Shown here one piece after another: positions 1 to 12,420 of a stretch of 64,000 bases of DNA. The first letter of the stretch is position 1. Every line of letters starts with the position of its first letter. A program made the position numbers and the translations under genes. This DNA is from Eledone cirrhosa (Eukaryota): NCBI GenBank assembly GCA_964016885.1, contig OZ024740.1, positions 315,146,001 to 315,210,000 on the forward strand, given 5' to 3'. The notes beneath the pieces are model-generated. The model worked only from the letters and a program-made list of their open reading frames with translations. It was not told the origin of the DNA and ran no database searches.

Positions 1-99
1 CTTGTTACCCGGAGATTTACCCATTTGCATTGTCGAGGCTTCCAAACGACTTAAAGATATTTATTTATTATTCCACAATGCTTCAAGCAAACTTCAATA

Positions 100-194
<95 letters not shown>

Positions 195-535
195 ATATAT
201 ATAATATATAGTATATATATATATATATACATATATATAATATAATATATATAATATAATATATATAATATATAGTATATATATATATACATATATATAT
301 ATTATATATATATATATAGATAATATAAGTATGTACACGTACATACATATATGTATACAGACGTACAGTAGTATGTATATATATATATACATATATGCAC
401 ACATATATATATATATATACGTATGGATTTACCGAACATTTATTATAATGCTCGGTGTGAGTAACAGCCGTACTAAGAGTGGGAAATGAAATTTCGTTTC
501 ATTTTTTCCGTTTATATATATAATATAATATATAT

Positions 536-576
<41 letters not shown>

Positions 577-598
577 ATATAATATATATAATATATAG

Positions 599-633
<35 letters not shown>

Positions 634-662
634 GTATATATAATATATATATATATATAATA

Positions 663-784
<122 letters not shown>

Positions 785-786
785 AT

Positions 787-1000
787 ATATGAAAGACGTA
801 AAATAAGAAAATTTTAAAAATTAAAAATTAACTTACTTACTAAAATTTTAGTAAATTTTAGTAAGTAAGTTAATTTTAGTAAGTAAGTTAATTTTAGTAA
901 GTAAGTTAATTTTTAATTTTTAAAATTTTCTTATTTTACGTCTTTCATATAATTGTTCTGCATCCCCCTGCATAGAACCACAAAGGTACTAAGACATAAT
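787..1000. mobile_element. Fold-back (inverted repeat) element in (TA)n; right arm has an extra tail; triplicated ~18-mer at the centre
   Basis: atatgaaagacgtaaaataagaaaatt (787) is the reverse complement of aattttcttattttacgtctttcatat (to 950); ttttagtaagtaagttaa occurs 3 times centrally. Confidence 0.7.
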
Positions 1001-1062
1001 ATATATATTTGCCAGCATGGGTATACATCTGTATACATATGTTGGTAGATATACTAATTCTC

Positions 1063-1095
<33 letters not shown>

Positions 1096-1135
1096 ATATA
1101 ATATAAGATCAAAAGATGGTTAAAGGAGTTCCATA

Positions 1136-1206
1136 TATTTTATTATGCGCATTTCAAAAACAAACATCATCAAGCAATAATATTTGTGTTTTCATCAGAT
1201 AAAACA
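1136..1206 (-). ncRNA. Type I hammerhead ribozyme
   Basis: Reverse strand: TGTTTTAT CTGATGA AAACACAAATATTATT-gctt-GATGATGTTTGTTTTT GAAA TGCGCA TA ATAAAATA; stem III ATGCGCAT is palindromic. Confidence 0.8.
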
Positions 1207-1345
1207 GGAGAACATGATATGAAGGCTAAAAAACACTTGTGGATAGTGCAGTTTTAAATCAACATATATCAGTTTTAAATCAACATATGTTGATTTAAAA
1301 CTGCACTATCCACAAGTGTTTTTTAGCCTTCATATCATGTTCTCC

Positions 1346-1416
1346 TGTTTTATCTGATGAAAACAGAAATATTATTGCTTGATGATGTTTGTTTTTGAAA
1401 TGCGCATAATAAAATA
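1346..1416 (+). ncRNA. Type I hammerhead ribozyme
   Basis: Stem I TGTTTTAT/ATAAAATA, CTGATGA 1354-1360, long stem II, GAAA 1397-1400, TGCGCA, AUA cleavage triplet. Confidence 0.8.
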
Positions 1417-1537
1417 TATGGAACTCCTTTAACCATCTTTTGATCTTATATTATGCATACTCCAGTCCCACAAACTGTAGAGTGCTTCTTATCCGATATC
1501 TGCATTGCTTTATTGTAATACAATAAAACTCACCTCC

Positions 1538-1672
<135 letters not shown>

Positions 1673-1693
1673 TATATATATAATATATATATA

Positions 1694-1750
<57 letters not shown>

Positions 1751-1810
1751 TATATATAGATATATATATAGATATATAGATATATATATATAGATATATA
1801 TATATAATAT

Positions 1811-1852
<42 letters not shown>

Positions 1853-1957
1853 ATTATATATATAGAAGCTCCTTCTATAAAATAAAAAAATTTTACTCTG
1901 CCATGTATTGAGTACCTTACTTACTGTGGTTATCCGCGACTCAACCCGGGAACTACG

Positions 1958-2023
<66 letters not shown>

Positions 2024-2228
2024 CGTTTCTGAATTTGTTTAGCAAGATTCTTTATCTGAAATCGTGTGTTGAAACCGATATTGTTATACTTTGGGAGGGT
2101 CATGTTGCCAATAAGAAACACACGCACCAGTTGCTTTCACTTCAATTTAATTATTTATAAATTTACAAATTTATAAATTTCTGGTTGGTTGGTTGGTTCC
2201 ACAACCAGATAGTTGTTTATATATATAT

Positions 2229-2273
2229 AGTCATAGTTCTTTCGTCACACACTCTGTGACCTCTTCAGTGACT
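2229..2273 (-). ncRNA. Type I hammerhead ribozyme (family A, mirror copy)
   Basis: Exact reverse complement of 2381-2425. Confidence 0.75.
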
Positions 2274-2380
2274 GGGGATTTCTTTCTTCGTTTCTGTGCC
2301 TTTCCTTTCTTCTATCCTACGCCACAAAATGGCGTAGGATAGAAGAAAGGAAAGGCACAGAAACGAAGAAAGAAATCCCC

Positions 2381-2425
2381 AGTCACTGAAGAGGTCACAG
2401 AGTGTGTGACGAAAGAACTATGACT
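2381..2425 (+). ncRNA. Type I hammerhead ribozyme (family A)
   Basis: AGTCA CTGAAGA G GTCACA-gagtg-TGTGAC GAAA GAAC TA TGACT. Confidence 0.75.
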
Positions 2426-2581
2426 ATATATATATAAACAACTATCTGGTTGTGGAACCAACCAACCAACCAGAAATTTATAAATTTGTAAATTTATAAA
2501 TAATTAAATTGAAGTGAAAGCAACTGGTGCGTGTGTTTCTTATTGGCAACATGACCCTCCCAAAGTATAACAATATATATA

Positions 2582-2805
<224 letters not shown>

Positions 2806-3374
2806 AAAATATATATACAGAATGGAAAGAGTGGGGTTAAGTGTAAAAAGAAAGAGAAGAGAAATGATGAGGCTGAAGACGCAAATCGGTGAGGAGACAA
2901 AGAAGGAGTAAGCGTATAAAGTACGATAGAGAGAAAGTGAGTGAAATTTAGAGTGAGAGGGAGAAGGGGTAGAGAGAAGAGAAGAAAGAATGGTGTGTGT
3001 GTGGGGGGGGGGGGGGGGGCTGATAAAGAGAAAGAATCTTAGCGAGTGAAAGAGAGTGTGCGAGTGAGAATAAGGTGGTAAACGGGCGAAAGAGAAGAGA
3101 TGAAAAAGATAAAAGAAACAAGGAAGGCGTGAGTAAAAGTGAGGGAGAGGGAAAAAAGAAATACTGGGTGACAGAGAAATTAAAAGAAAGAGAGAGAGAG
3201 TGAGAGAGGGAGAGAGTGAGAGAGGGAGAGAGTGAGAGAGTGAGAGAGGGAGATACATTAAAATAGAATATATATTTCAAATGTGTATGTATGTCTGTAG
3301 GTATGTATCTATATATGTATATGCATGTGTGCATATATGTTTATATGCGCGGGGACATAGAAATATCCGGCATA

Positions 3375-3663
3375 CCCGATCGCGCGGTTAAACCCCTGGC
3401 ATTCTTCTAGGAGAAGGCAAGTCAGGAAACTGGGATAACTCTGACATAAAACCTGCGGCTCGGTAGTTACCGATGATGTTGATCTTTTCTTCTTTTCGGG
3501 TTATAGCTACTGTCGCTCAGAGAGTGAGATTGGTTCAGTGCAGTCTTTCCTCACTTTAAAAACACCTTCACGCACAGGTATTGTACGATAGAGTTAATTA
3601 ATAATTACTAATAATGTTATATTGTGCAATAGCCATACTCGATAACGAGGGGCAGCAATCATG
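3375..3663 (+). mobile_element. Non-autonomous RTE-derived short element, subfamily 2
   Basis: Reverse-complement match to 32075-32580 and 59341-59630; ends ccatactcgataacgaggggcagcaatcatg. Confidence 0.65.
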
Positions 3664-4029
3664 TAGATGTAGATGTGTTTGTATGTCTGTTTATGCGCGT
3701 CTGTGGGTTTGTAGAGCTGTGTATTTTGTAGGTTGCTTATATTGTGGGTTGTGTAAATTGTGTGTTTCTTTACGTTTTAGAATATAAAAACAAGAGTGCT
3801 CAATACATAATGTAGAGTTTGGTAGTACATACTCACATACGGTGGTGTAGATCTAGTCCATCTCCAGGTTTCTCACAATTTATTTCGTATGGATTAATAG
3901 ACACAAACTGAAGTATTGTTATCTAGACTCAGAAACAAATGAGATTCCTGTCATGACTATCCCATCCTTTGCTGTCAACAATTCATTATCTAATTTCACC
4001 TCGTTATTTAGTGTCTAGAGACGTTGATA

Positions 4030-4620
4030 TAAATTTAGGAACTAAAATTATAAACCTTCTTATCAACATTAACTGACAAACATCTAAACACGTCAACAAG
4101 CTACTCATCCCCAATATGAATTTAAAACATCCAATTGTATATGTGGAAGTAGTAAACTTCATGACTTAGTCTGTTATTTGAGTCATATAAATTCGACACA
4201 ACAGCACACTATGCACTACATCACATAACGCAATACATTACATAATACAAATAAAATCTAGATAGAAAAACATTAGTGATCAACACATCTACATTCTAGA
4301 AAATCCCACAAGAAAAGAGAAAATTAATGATGGACGCCATACTCATAGTACAGCAAAGCGCTAAAATAAACACACAGGAAATATACGCGAGTCATAAACG
4401 AAAATAAACACCTGATTGGTGATGTATATATTATCGGTAAACAATTCACATTGCAGCGGAAATGTCAACTACATTAATTAGCTCTGCTTACTTTAAAGAG
4501 GCAGCAACAGACGACAACGTTACTTCATCCAGAAGATGAGACTATGAAAGTATAGAAACGTTGGAGACAGATTTGTGACATTCACCGTTCTAAATAAACT
4601 GCAAGGAACTCTTAAGAAGA
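4030..4620 (+). pseudogene. Degraded Penelope-like element 3' part (GIY-YIG C-terminus plus decayed hammerhead)
   Basis: 4318-4377 translates RKLMMDAILIVQQSAKINTQ (PLE-type KL..EA..I....P.LN.Q); QYEFK and YVG-like text near 4112-4146; downstream cAGAAGA...GAAACGTT at 4529-4562. Confidence 0.5.
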
Positions 4621-5136
4621 TATGTAAAAAAATGTTGAAAAAGATATAACTAGAACAGTCATGTATTCAATGAGACACACACAAACACACACACGTAGAC
4701 GCACACACACACAGCCACACACATACACACACACACCCACATACACACACACACATACACACACACACAACACACACCACCACCACCACCAAAATATTCT
4801 GATCCAGAATATTCTGTTGCATTTAGGTTGTTCATTCAGTTTGTGCTGGTATGTGTGTGCTTGTGGTTGTGTGCATGTAGGAGAGGGTGCTGAAAAGTTT
4901 CTGGCTTTAAGGGTATCGCGAAAGGGTAGAGCTGTTACCTTTACCAAGGAGCTAGGACCGCTGCAATAAGTGTGTGAATCTGAGTGTAATATGTAGAATA
5001 AAATCATAATTAATTGATCCTCATGTATTTTTCAGCATTCACTCGTATGTCTATGTATATGAACGTGTATGTACGCGGATAAGAGCGTGTGCGTTTGTGT
5101 GTGTAATACTTTATACACACACACACACACGCAAAT

Positions 5137-5224
<88 letters not shown>

Positions 5225-5226
<2 letters not shown>

Positions 5227-5385
5227 CAAAAGAAATGTGGTAAGGAACCAGATGGACCATAACGCACCAGAGTACTCAATACTTAGAGTAGTAGAGTGGG
5301 AAATAGGAAAAAGTATGACCCCGACGGCAGAGCTCAGAATAGCCGTCGAAACGGCTCGAGCTCTGCCGTCGGGGTCATACTTTTT

Positions 5386-5390
<5 letters not shown>
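5225..5390. mobile_element. Fold-back element, family E (core truncated)
   Basis: aggaaaaagtatgaccccgacggcagagctc inverted at 5306-5389; long left tail homologous to 36003-36110; another fragment at 5945-6005. Confidence 0.7.
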
Positions 5391-5425
<35 letters not shown>

Positions 5426-5825
5426 AAATTAAGATAAATTAAATGAATTTAATCCAAATCAAAATTATGGGTGTCATGCCATAACGGCGTGCGCCATATC
5501 GCCCGGAAAATAACCTCAAAGATTCTATCGTGTAGGTCCGAGCATTTTATAATAACTAGAAATTGATTAACATATATATAAACATGAATAATCACAGGAA
5601 AATTTTTCTTCCTTGTTGATAATCCAAAAAAATCCACTTCCGTGACTTACCATCTGATTAACTGGTGAAATATATTTCTTTAATGGAATATATACAGGGA
5701 AGATTAATCATATTAAAAGGTATCTATTTTTGAAGTTCTAGTCAACTTTACTTATTTGTTACCTACCTAGCTATGCGTGGTTACACGCTTGTAAAAATTA
5801 TCTCCTGTGATTAATCAATTTCTAG

Positions 5826-5919
<94 letters not shown>

Positions 5920-6006
5920 ATATATATATATATATATATATATGAAAAAGTATGACCCCCGACGGCAGAGCTCAAGCCGTTTCGACGGCTATTCTGAGCT
6001 CTAACT

Positions 6007-6049
<43 letters not shown>

Positions 6050-6087
6050 CAGTGACCTGAACAAACGTTAATAATAACATCACTGGG

Positions 6088-6131
6088 ACACCTGATGAAG
6101 GCTGGAGAGTACATCAACCGAAACGTTGTAT
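6088..6131 (+). ncRNA. Minimal type I hammerhead (slightly decayed)
   Basis: ACAC CTGATGA AGGCTGG..TCAACC GAAA CG TT GTAT; palindromic AACGTT; one mismatch in stem I and one in stem II. Confidence 0.6.
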
Positions 6132-6176
6132 TAACAACGAAACAAGATGAGGACACCTATCCGTCCAATGTATATA

Positions 6177-6209
<33 letters not shown>

Positions 6210-6320
6210 ACCTATCTTTGTTTCTCTGGTCTTTTTTAGCCTGTGGAGCGCTTGCCAGCATGACTCGAAATTTGCGTTACGTTTCGCATTTTCTACCCGC
6301 CGAAATGCGATTCTCGCTGA

Positions 6321-6359
<39 letters not shown>

Positions 6360-6505
6360 AATGAGAGCTACACAAATACATGTGTATACATACATTCACA
6401 AGTATGTGAGATTGTGTGTTGTCAACCTTAACCAGTGCTGCTCTATGATTATGAGAGACAAGATAATCGGAATAATTAAATTGACTCGATATCAGAGCTA
6501 TGTAG

Positions 6506-7067
6506 TCTATATATATATAAAAATGAGGATGTCTGTCTGTGTGTGTGAATTTGAATCCCTAAAACTCGAGAACCACCCAACCGACTGTTTTCAAACTTTA
6601 CACATGTAATACTTATGTTTCAGCAAAAACAATTTCAAATTTTAATGGCCCTAGGGACCGCATTAGGCGATTTAGCGATCTCTCTCTATAATTCTTAGTC
6701 TTTCTCTACTTCATACCGTGAGCAAAGAAAATCCAACTTTTTTATAACTTAGAGCCCGCATTAGGTGAAAAACTTCATTTTTTTCCAGCTTTTTTGAGGC
6801 GTTACGTCTAGCCGATTTTCCCGAAATTTCAAGGCATATTTTGCACATAACAAATAATTATTTTCTTGATCCCTAGGGCCCGCATTGGGTGAAAACCTGC
6901 AATTTTCCTGCTTCATCGAGGAAAATCCTAAAGATTATCCAGCCATCAGAGTATTCGGTTTATTTTCTTTACATATTCTCCAGGCATGCAGTTTTTCCAC
7001 GATTAGGTCTGTTGGCGGCCTCGATCCAAAATACCTTATCCCGTGCAACGCCGGGTACCACTGCTAG
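6506..7067 (+). mobile_element. Non-autonomous Helitron
   Basis: 5' TC(TATA) start, internal subrepeats (ccctaggg.ccgcatt.gg), 3' GC-rich hairpin cccg-tgcaacgc-cggg followed by CTAG/T terminus. Confidence 0.75.
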
Positions 7068-7159
7068 TATATTATAAAGTAAGAAGAAATATTAGACATA
7101 AATAAAGACCTATTTTTTCTTCAAATTCCCGACTGTACAGTTATATATATATATATATG

Positions 7160-7522
7160 TAGAAGTTCTATTTAATTTGTTGGGATACAACAAGCACATA
7201 TTTTTATAACTGATATAAAGCACTCAACGAATTATTGGAGTAAAAATACAATATATTAACAAATGGAAACTATATTTATAAAACCATATTTATTTCATTA
7301 TACATATTTCAAGGGCCACCAAGTTGGAAGCTCCCGGGAGCTTCCAACAGAAATGGTCGCATTCTTTAAGGGTATGTCAATATTTATTTATAAAACTGAT
7401 CTATATTATATTATATTTTATCTGATGAAAGCACACCATAATTTAGCTTAGTGTTCTTGAAATATGTATAATGAAATAAATATGGTTTTATAAATATAGT
7501 TTCCATTTGTTAATATATCGTA
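7160..7522. mobile_element. Fold-back hammerhead element, family B
   Basis: Inverted arms taacaaatggaaactatatttataaaacc / ggttttataaatatagtttccatttgtta; central palindrome gttggaagctcc-cg-ggagcttccaac; homologous to 33405-33842, 41709-42043 and 27940-28083. Confidence 0.8.
7415..7477 (+). ncRNA. Type I hammerhead ribozyme (family B)
   Basis: ATTTTAT CTGATGA AAGCACAC...GTGTTCTT GAAA TATGTA TA ATGAAAT. Confidence 0.75.
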
Positions 7523-7577
7523 TATATATGTATATATATATATATATACATACATACATACATACATGTGTGTGTGT

Positions 7578-7627
<50 letters not shown>

Positions 7628-7726
7628 ATGTATGCTTGTGTATATGTGGATATGTGCACAATATATATTTATATTTATGATCCACAGAAATAGATATTGT
7701 AAGGCCAGGATTTCGTCCGGTTTTCA

Positions 7727-9904
7727 ATAACGTGAAGAAGGTCAGAGAGTAACCTCATTCCAGGTTACGACGTTAACCAGGTGACCTCCCATAACGTGAA
7801 GAAGGTCAGAGAGTAACCTCATTCCAGGTTACAACGTTAACCAGGTGACCTCCCATAAGGTGAAGAAGGTCAGAGAGTAACCTCATTCCAGGTTACAACG
7901 TTAACCAGGTGACCTCCCATAACGTGAAGAAGGTCAGAGAGTAACCTCATTCCAGGTTACGGCGTTAACCAGGTGACCTCCAATAACGTGAAGAAGGTCA
8001 GAGAGTAACCTCATTCCAGGTTACGGCGTTAACCAGGTGACCTCCAATAACGTGAAGAAGGTCAGAGAGTAACCTCATTCCAGGTTACGGCGTTAACCAG
8101 GTGAGCTCCCATAACGTGAAGAAGGTCAGAGATTAACCTCATTCCAGGTTACAACGTTAACCAGGTGACCTCCCATAACGTGAAGAAGGTCAGAGAGTAA
8201 CCTCATTCCAGGTTACGGCGTTAACCAGGTGACCTCCCATAACGTGAAGAAGGTCAGAGAGTAACCTCATTCCAGGTTACGGCGTTAACCAGGTGACCTC
8301 CCATAACGTGAAGAAGGTCAGAGAGTAACCTCATTCCAGGTTACGGCGTTAACCAGGTGACCTCCCATAACGTGAAGAAGGTCAGAGAGTAACCCCATTC
8401 CAGGTTACAACGTTAACCAGGTGACCTCCCATAACGTGAAGAAGGTCAGAGAGTAACCTCATTCCAGGTTACGGCGTTAACCAGGTGACCTCCCATAACG
8501 TGAAGAAGGTCAGAGAGTAACCTCATTCCAGGTTACGGCGTTAACCAGGTGACCTCCCATAACGTGAAGAAGGTCAGAGAGTAACCCCATTCCAGGTTAC
8601 AACGTTAACCAGGTGACCTCCCATAACGTGAAGAAGGTCAGAGAGTAACCTCATTCCAGGTTACGGCGTTAACCAGGTGACCTCCCATAACGTGAAGAAG
8701 GTCAGAGAGTAACTCCATTCCAGGTTACGTAGTTAACAAGGTGACCTCCCATAACGTGAAGAAGGTCAGAGAGTAACCTCATTCCAGGTTACGGCGTTAA
8801 CCAGGTGACCTCCAATAACGTAAAGAAGGTCAGAGAGTAACCTCATTCCAGGTTACGGCGTTAACCAGGTGACCTCCCATAACGTGAAGAAGGTCAGAGA
8901 GTAACCCCATTCCAGGTTACAACGTTAACCAGGTGACCTCCCATAACGTGAAGAAGGTCAGAGAGTAACCTCATTCCAGGTTACGGCGTTAACCAGGTGA
9001 CCTCCCATAACGTGAAGAAGGTCAGAGAGTAACCTCATTCCAGGTTACGGCGTTAACCAGGTGACCTCCCATAACGTGAAGAAGGTCAGAGAGTAACCCC
9101 ATTCCAGGTTACAACGTTAACCAGGTGACCTCCCATAACGTGAAGAAGGTCAGAGAGTAACCACTTTCCAGGTTACGGCGTTAACCAGGTGACCTCCCAT
9201 AACGTGAAGAAGGTCAGAGAGTAACCTCATTCCAGGTTACGGCGTTAACCAGGTGACCTCCCATAACGTGAAGAAGGTCAGAGAGTAACCTCATTCCAGG
9301 TTACGGCGTTAACCAGGTGACCTCCCATAACGTGAAGAAGGTCAGAGAGTAACCTCATTCCAGGTTACGGCGTTAACCAGGTGACCTCCCATAACGTGAA
9401 GAAGGTCAGAGAGTAACCCCATTCCAGGTTACGGCGTTAACCAGGTGACCTCCCATAACGTGAAGAAGGTCAGAGAGTAACCACATTCCAGGTTACGGCG
9501 TTAACCAGGTGACATCCCATAACGTGAAGAAGGTCAGAGAGTAACCTCATTCCAGGTTACGGCGTTAACCAGGTGACCTCCCATAACGTGAAGAAGGTCA
9601 GAGAGTAACCTCATTCCAGGTTACGGCGTTAACCAGGTGACCTCCCATAACGTGAAGAAGGTCAGAGAGTAACCTCATTCCAGGTTACGGCGTTAACCAG
9701 GTGACCTCCCATAACGTGAAGAAGGTCAGAGAGTAACCCCATTCCAGGTTACGGCGTTAATAAGGTGACCTCCCATAACGTGAAGAAGGTCAGAGAGTAA
9801 CCCCATTCCAGGTTACGGCGTTAATAAGGTGACCTCCCATAACGTGAAGAAGGTCAGAGAGTAACCTCATTCCAGGTTACGGCGTTAACCAGGTGACCTC
9901 CCAT
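7727..9904. repeat. Tandem minisatellite, 64-bp unit, ~34 copies
   Basis: Unit ataacgtgaagaaggtcagagagtaacctcattccaggttacggcgttaaccaggtgacctccc; period 7727 to 7791; few variants. Confidence 0.97.
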
Positions 9905-9964
9905 GTTAACAATCATCAAGCAGAGCTATTAATCAATTTTATAAATTGATTTTTTTAAGGAAGA

Positions 9965-10408
9965 GGTTATTTTGCCGGTCCCGGTAAAATAGACCCCAGG
10001 CTATTTAGCCGGTAAGAGTGTCATACACCATGATTTGCAGCATAGAGTTGTGGCCCTTTACGGTCTGAGTTCAAAACCCGCCGAGATTAACTTTGCCTTT
10101 CATCCTTACGGGTGTCGATAAAGTAAAAGTACCAGTAATACACTGAGGTCGATTTAATTGACTTTCCCCCTCTCCCAAAAGTGTTGGCCTTGTGCCTATA
10201 GTATGAAGGCAGGTAATGTTAAAAATAACAACACAGATTCAATACAGGAGTTTATTTATTTTCAACACCAATTTTTAAGACAATTTAAACCCTAAACCTA
10301 TCCCTAACCGAAACCCAACACTAACGCTATTTACATATATTTACCGGGACCGGTAAAATAAGCTTTAAAAGCATGTTTGTCTATTTTACCGGGACAGGCA
10401 AAGTAGCC
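9965..10408. mobile_element. MITE-like element with ~30-bp terminal inverted repeats and telomere-like CCCTAA-type repeats, interrupted by a SINE
   Basis: ggttattttgccggtcccggtaaaatagac versus gtctattttaccgggacaggcaaagtagcc; aaaccctaaacctatccctaacc at ~10288-10310. Confidence 0.6.
10035..10205 (+). mobile_element. SINE with Meta-domain-like core (abundant family)
   Basis: ctgagttcaaa..ccgccgag..aactttgcctttcatccttacggg.gtcgataaa..aagtaccagt. Confidence 0.8.
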
Positions 10409-12218
10409 TATTCGTTTTTTTTTTCAAATTTGACATAACAATGAAATGATTAAAAACGTACAATAATGATTTCTTATAATGCGACATGACCATAAAATAT
10501 TGTCACATAACCACAAAGATTCAGAGAACAAAGACTAATGAATTGTCCCAAGTATGATACTGGTACTTGCTCTATTGATTATATGGGATGAAACAAGAAG
10601 TCTTACCCTGTGCGATTTGTGCTTAGAAAGTAACTAAATACTGCAAGGAATTTCGATAATTACAATCCCGCTTTAATTAATTATAGAACGGATAGCAGTT
10701 CTCCTTCAGTATTCTCGATAGACTGCGAACTCTTCTATTTTTTCCTTTGTATGTTGGATGTATACATGCCCTTAGGAACGGTCCAATGCCATGTGTTACA
10801 TGGTCATTCCCGTTTTCTCTTTCCATTTGGCAGTGTTCCTCTCGATACTATGTTTTTTTCTTGAGTACCAATAATCTATCTTCTGACCAGCCAAGCACAT
10901 TTTTCCTTACAACCTGTCTCAGATATTTTCACTCGATGATATATTCATTGCTATCTATGGTCTTTTTCTTCATAATAAAACCCATTAGTACCATCTGTTT
11001 TTCAAAGCCAAAAAAAAACTAACAATTTTATAAGCTTCAAGTCAGTTAGGTAAGAAGCATAGGTACGAGAAGGTGGAGAAGCAATAAAAAAAAAAGATAT
11101 TGTTTTATAGTCACACACTCATAGTTAGAAAAATGAATAAGTATGAGGAAGAAGAAAGATGGGAGGGGGGAAACTGAGAATTACAGTAAACTATGAGATT
11201 TGAATACTTGTGAGATGAGGAGATTTTTTTTTCTAATATTATTTATGGCTGTTATTTTATCCTCTTAAATTTGTGATAATTTTAGATCGTGTGGCGAAAA
11301 TCCATATCGAACCATTGAGTGATTAGGATTAAAAATGTAATAAATAGGAAAAATAGATAAAGAAAAAACACACACAAAAGAAACCCATGTCCCAACCTAA
11401 ATAAGGCGTCATGATGTTTCCTCGTTTAAGAAATACTGCTAAATCTGCAGAAAGTTTTAAAGTTGTGTCGGCTGATTCCCAACTGTTGAACGACATAGTA
11501 GACCTGCCAGCCTCTAAAAACCCAAACAGTGAGTACTATGAAAAAAGGTGCTCCAAAAAGGGGAGAAATGAGTCAAAATAGGGAGATTTTATATAATGAA
11601 AGCTATTCCCATTTTTACTAGAGAAGACATCTCTCACCCAAATCTGACAGGTCTGACATAGTCAAAATTTTAACTAAAACTCTTAATGATATATTTCTGG
11701 GAATAGTTTAAAACTGACTCTGGATTTTTTCAAAATTAAAATCCAATTGAAAACAATGTGAGTTGCTGCTTAACTACTAACACTTTACAACGCTGCTTGT
11801 TCTACTGACACTTTACAACGCTGGTCCGCCATATTACAGGCGGTAACGTGCAATGGTGATGATTGTTTCTCTGTTCCTCCGCTTATAATTCGGTGGTTGA
11901 TGATACTAATTAAATGACTAGTAATTAAGAAGGTTAATTGCTCTGTTGTCCAGCAAGAATATTAAGTGCATATTATTAAGACTGCTTCTATTTAAATATA
12001 GTACTGAGAGATCCTAACTAAAATCTGCCCTGAAGCTATATTTCAATGAAAAGCTTAACTGCATTAGGCCGACTTTACAGTGGGTAGAAAATATAATATT
12101 CTTCATTTGAAATAATGCATACATCAAAAGAGAGTTCAATAATTATTTTTAGGGAGACAAACCTCCTTTCCTTCCGTTGTAATCTTCTTCTTTATATGAA
12201 AATTATTATTATTATTAT

Positions 12219-12420
12219 TATGAGGGTCGGCTGAAAAGTTCATAGGCTGACTAAGATACTCTCATGAAATTACCAAATAAGGTTTATTTTTCAACATAGT
12301 CCCTGGAAAGAAAAAATGCAGTTATTAATAAGAAGAGTTGAAATTAATGCATGCAAGATTTCACAGTACTAGCATCACTTCTTCATTGTCAGTCTACGAA
12401 CTTTTCAGTCCACCTTCGTA
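12219..12420. mobile_element. Tc1/mariner-type MITE
   Basis: TA-flanked TIRs tgagggtcggctgaaaagttcataggctgac / gtcagtctacgaacttttcagtccaccttcgta; relatives at 23945-24124 and 31352-31714. Confidence 0.75.

Larger units (their letters stand above)
2021..2576. mobile_element. Fold-back hammerhead element, family A
   Basis: Near-perfect ~247-bp inverted arms 2078-2324/2330-2576 with loop caaaa; left arm has a ~57-bp tail; flanked by (TA)n; homologous to 23438-23680 and 24893-25427. Confidence 0.85.

Noticed and set aside
7727-9904. CRISPR array or tandem hammerhead retrozyme
   Set aside because: Units are contiguous with no unique spacers and no cas genes; the GTGAAGA box lacks C3 and there is no GAAA after the stem
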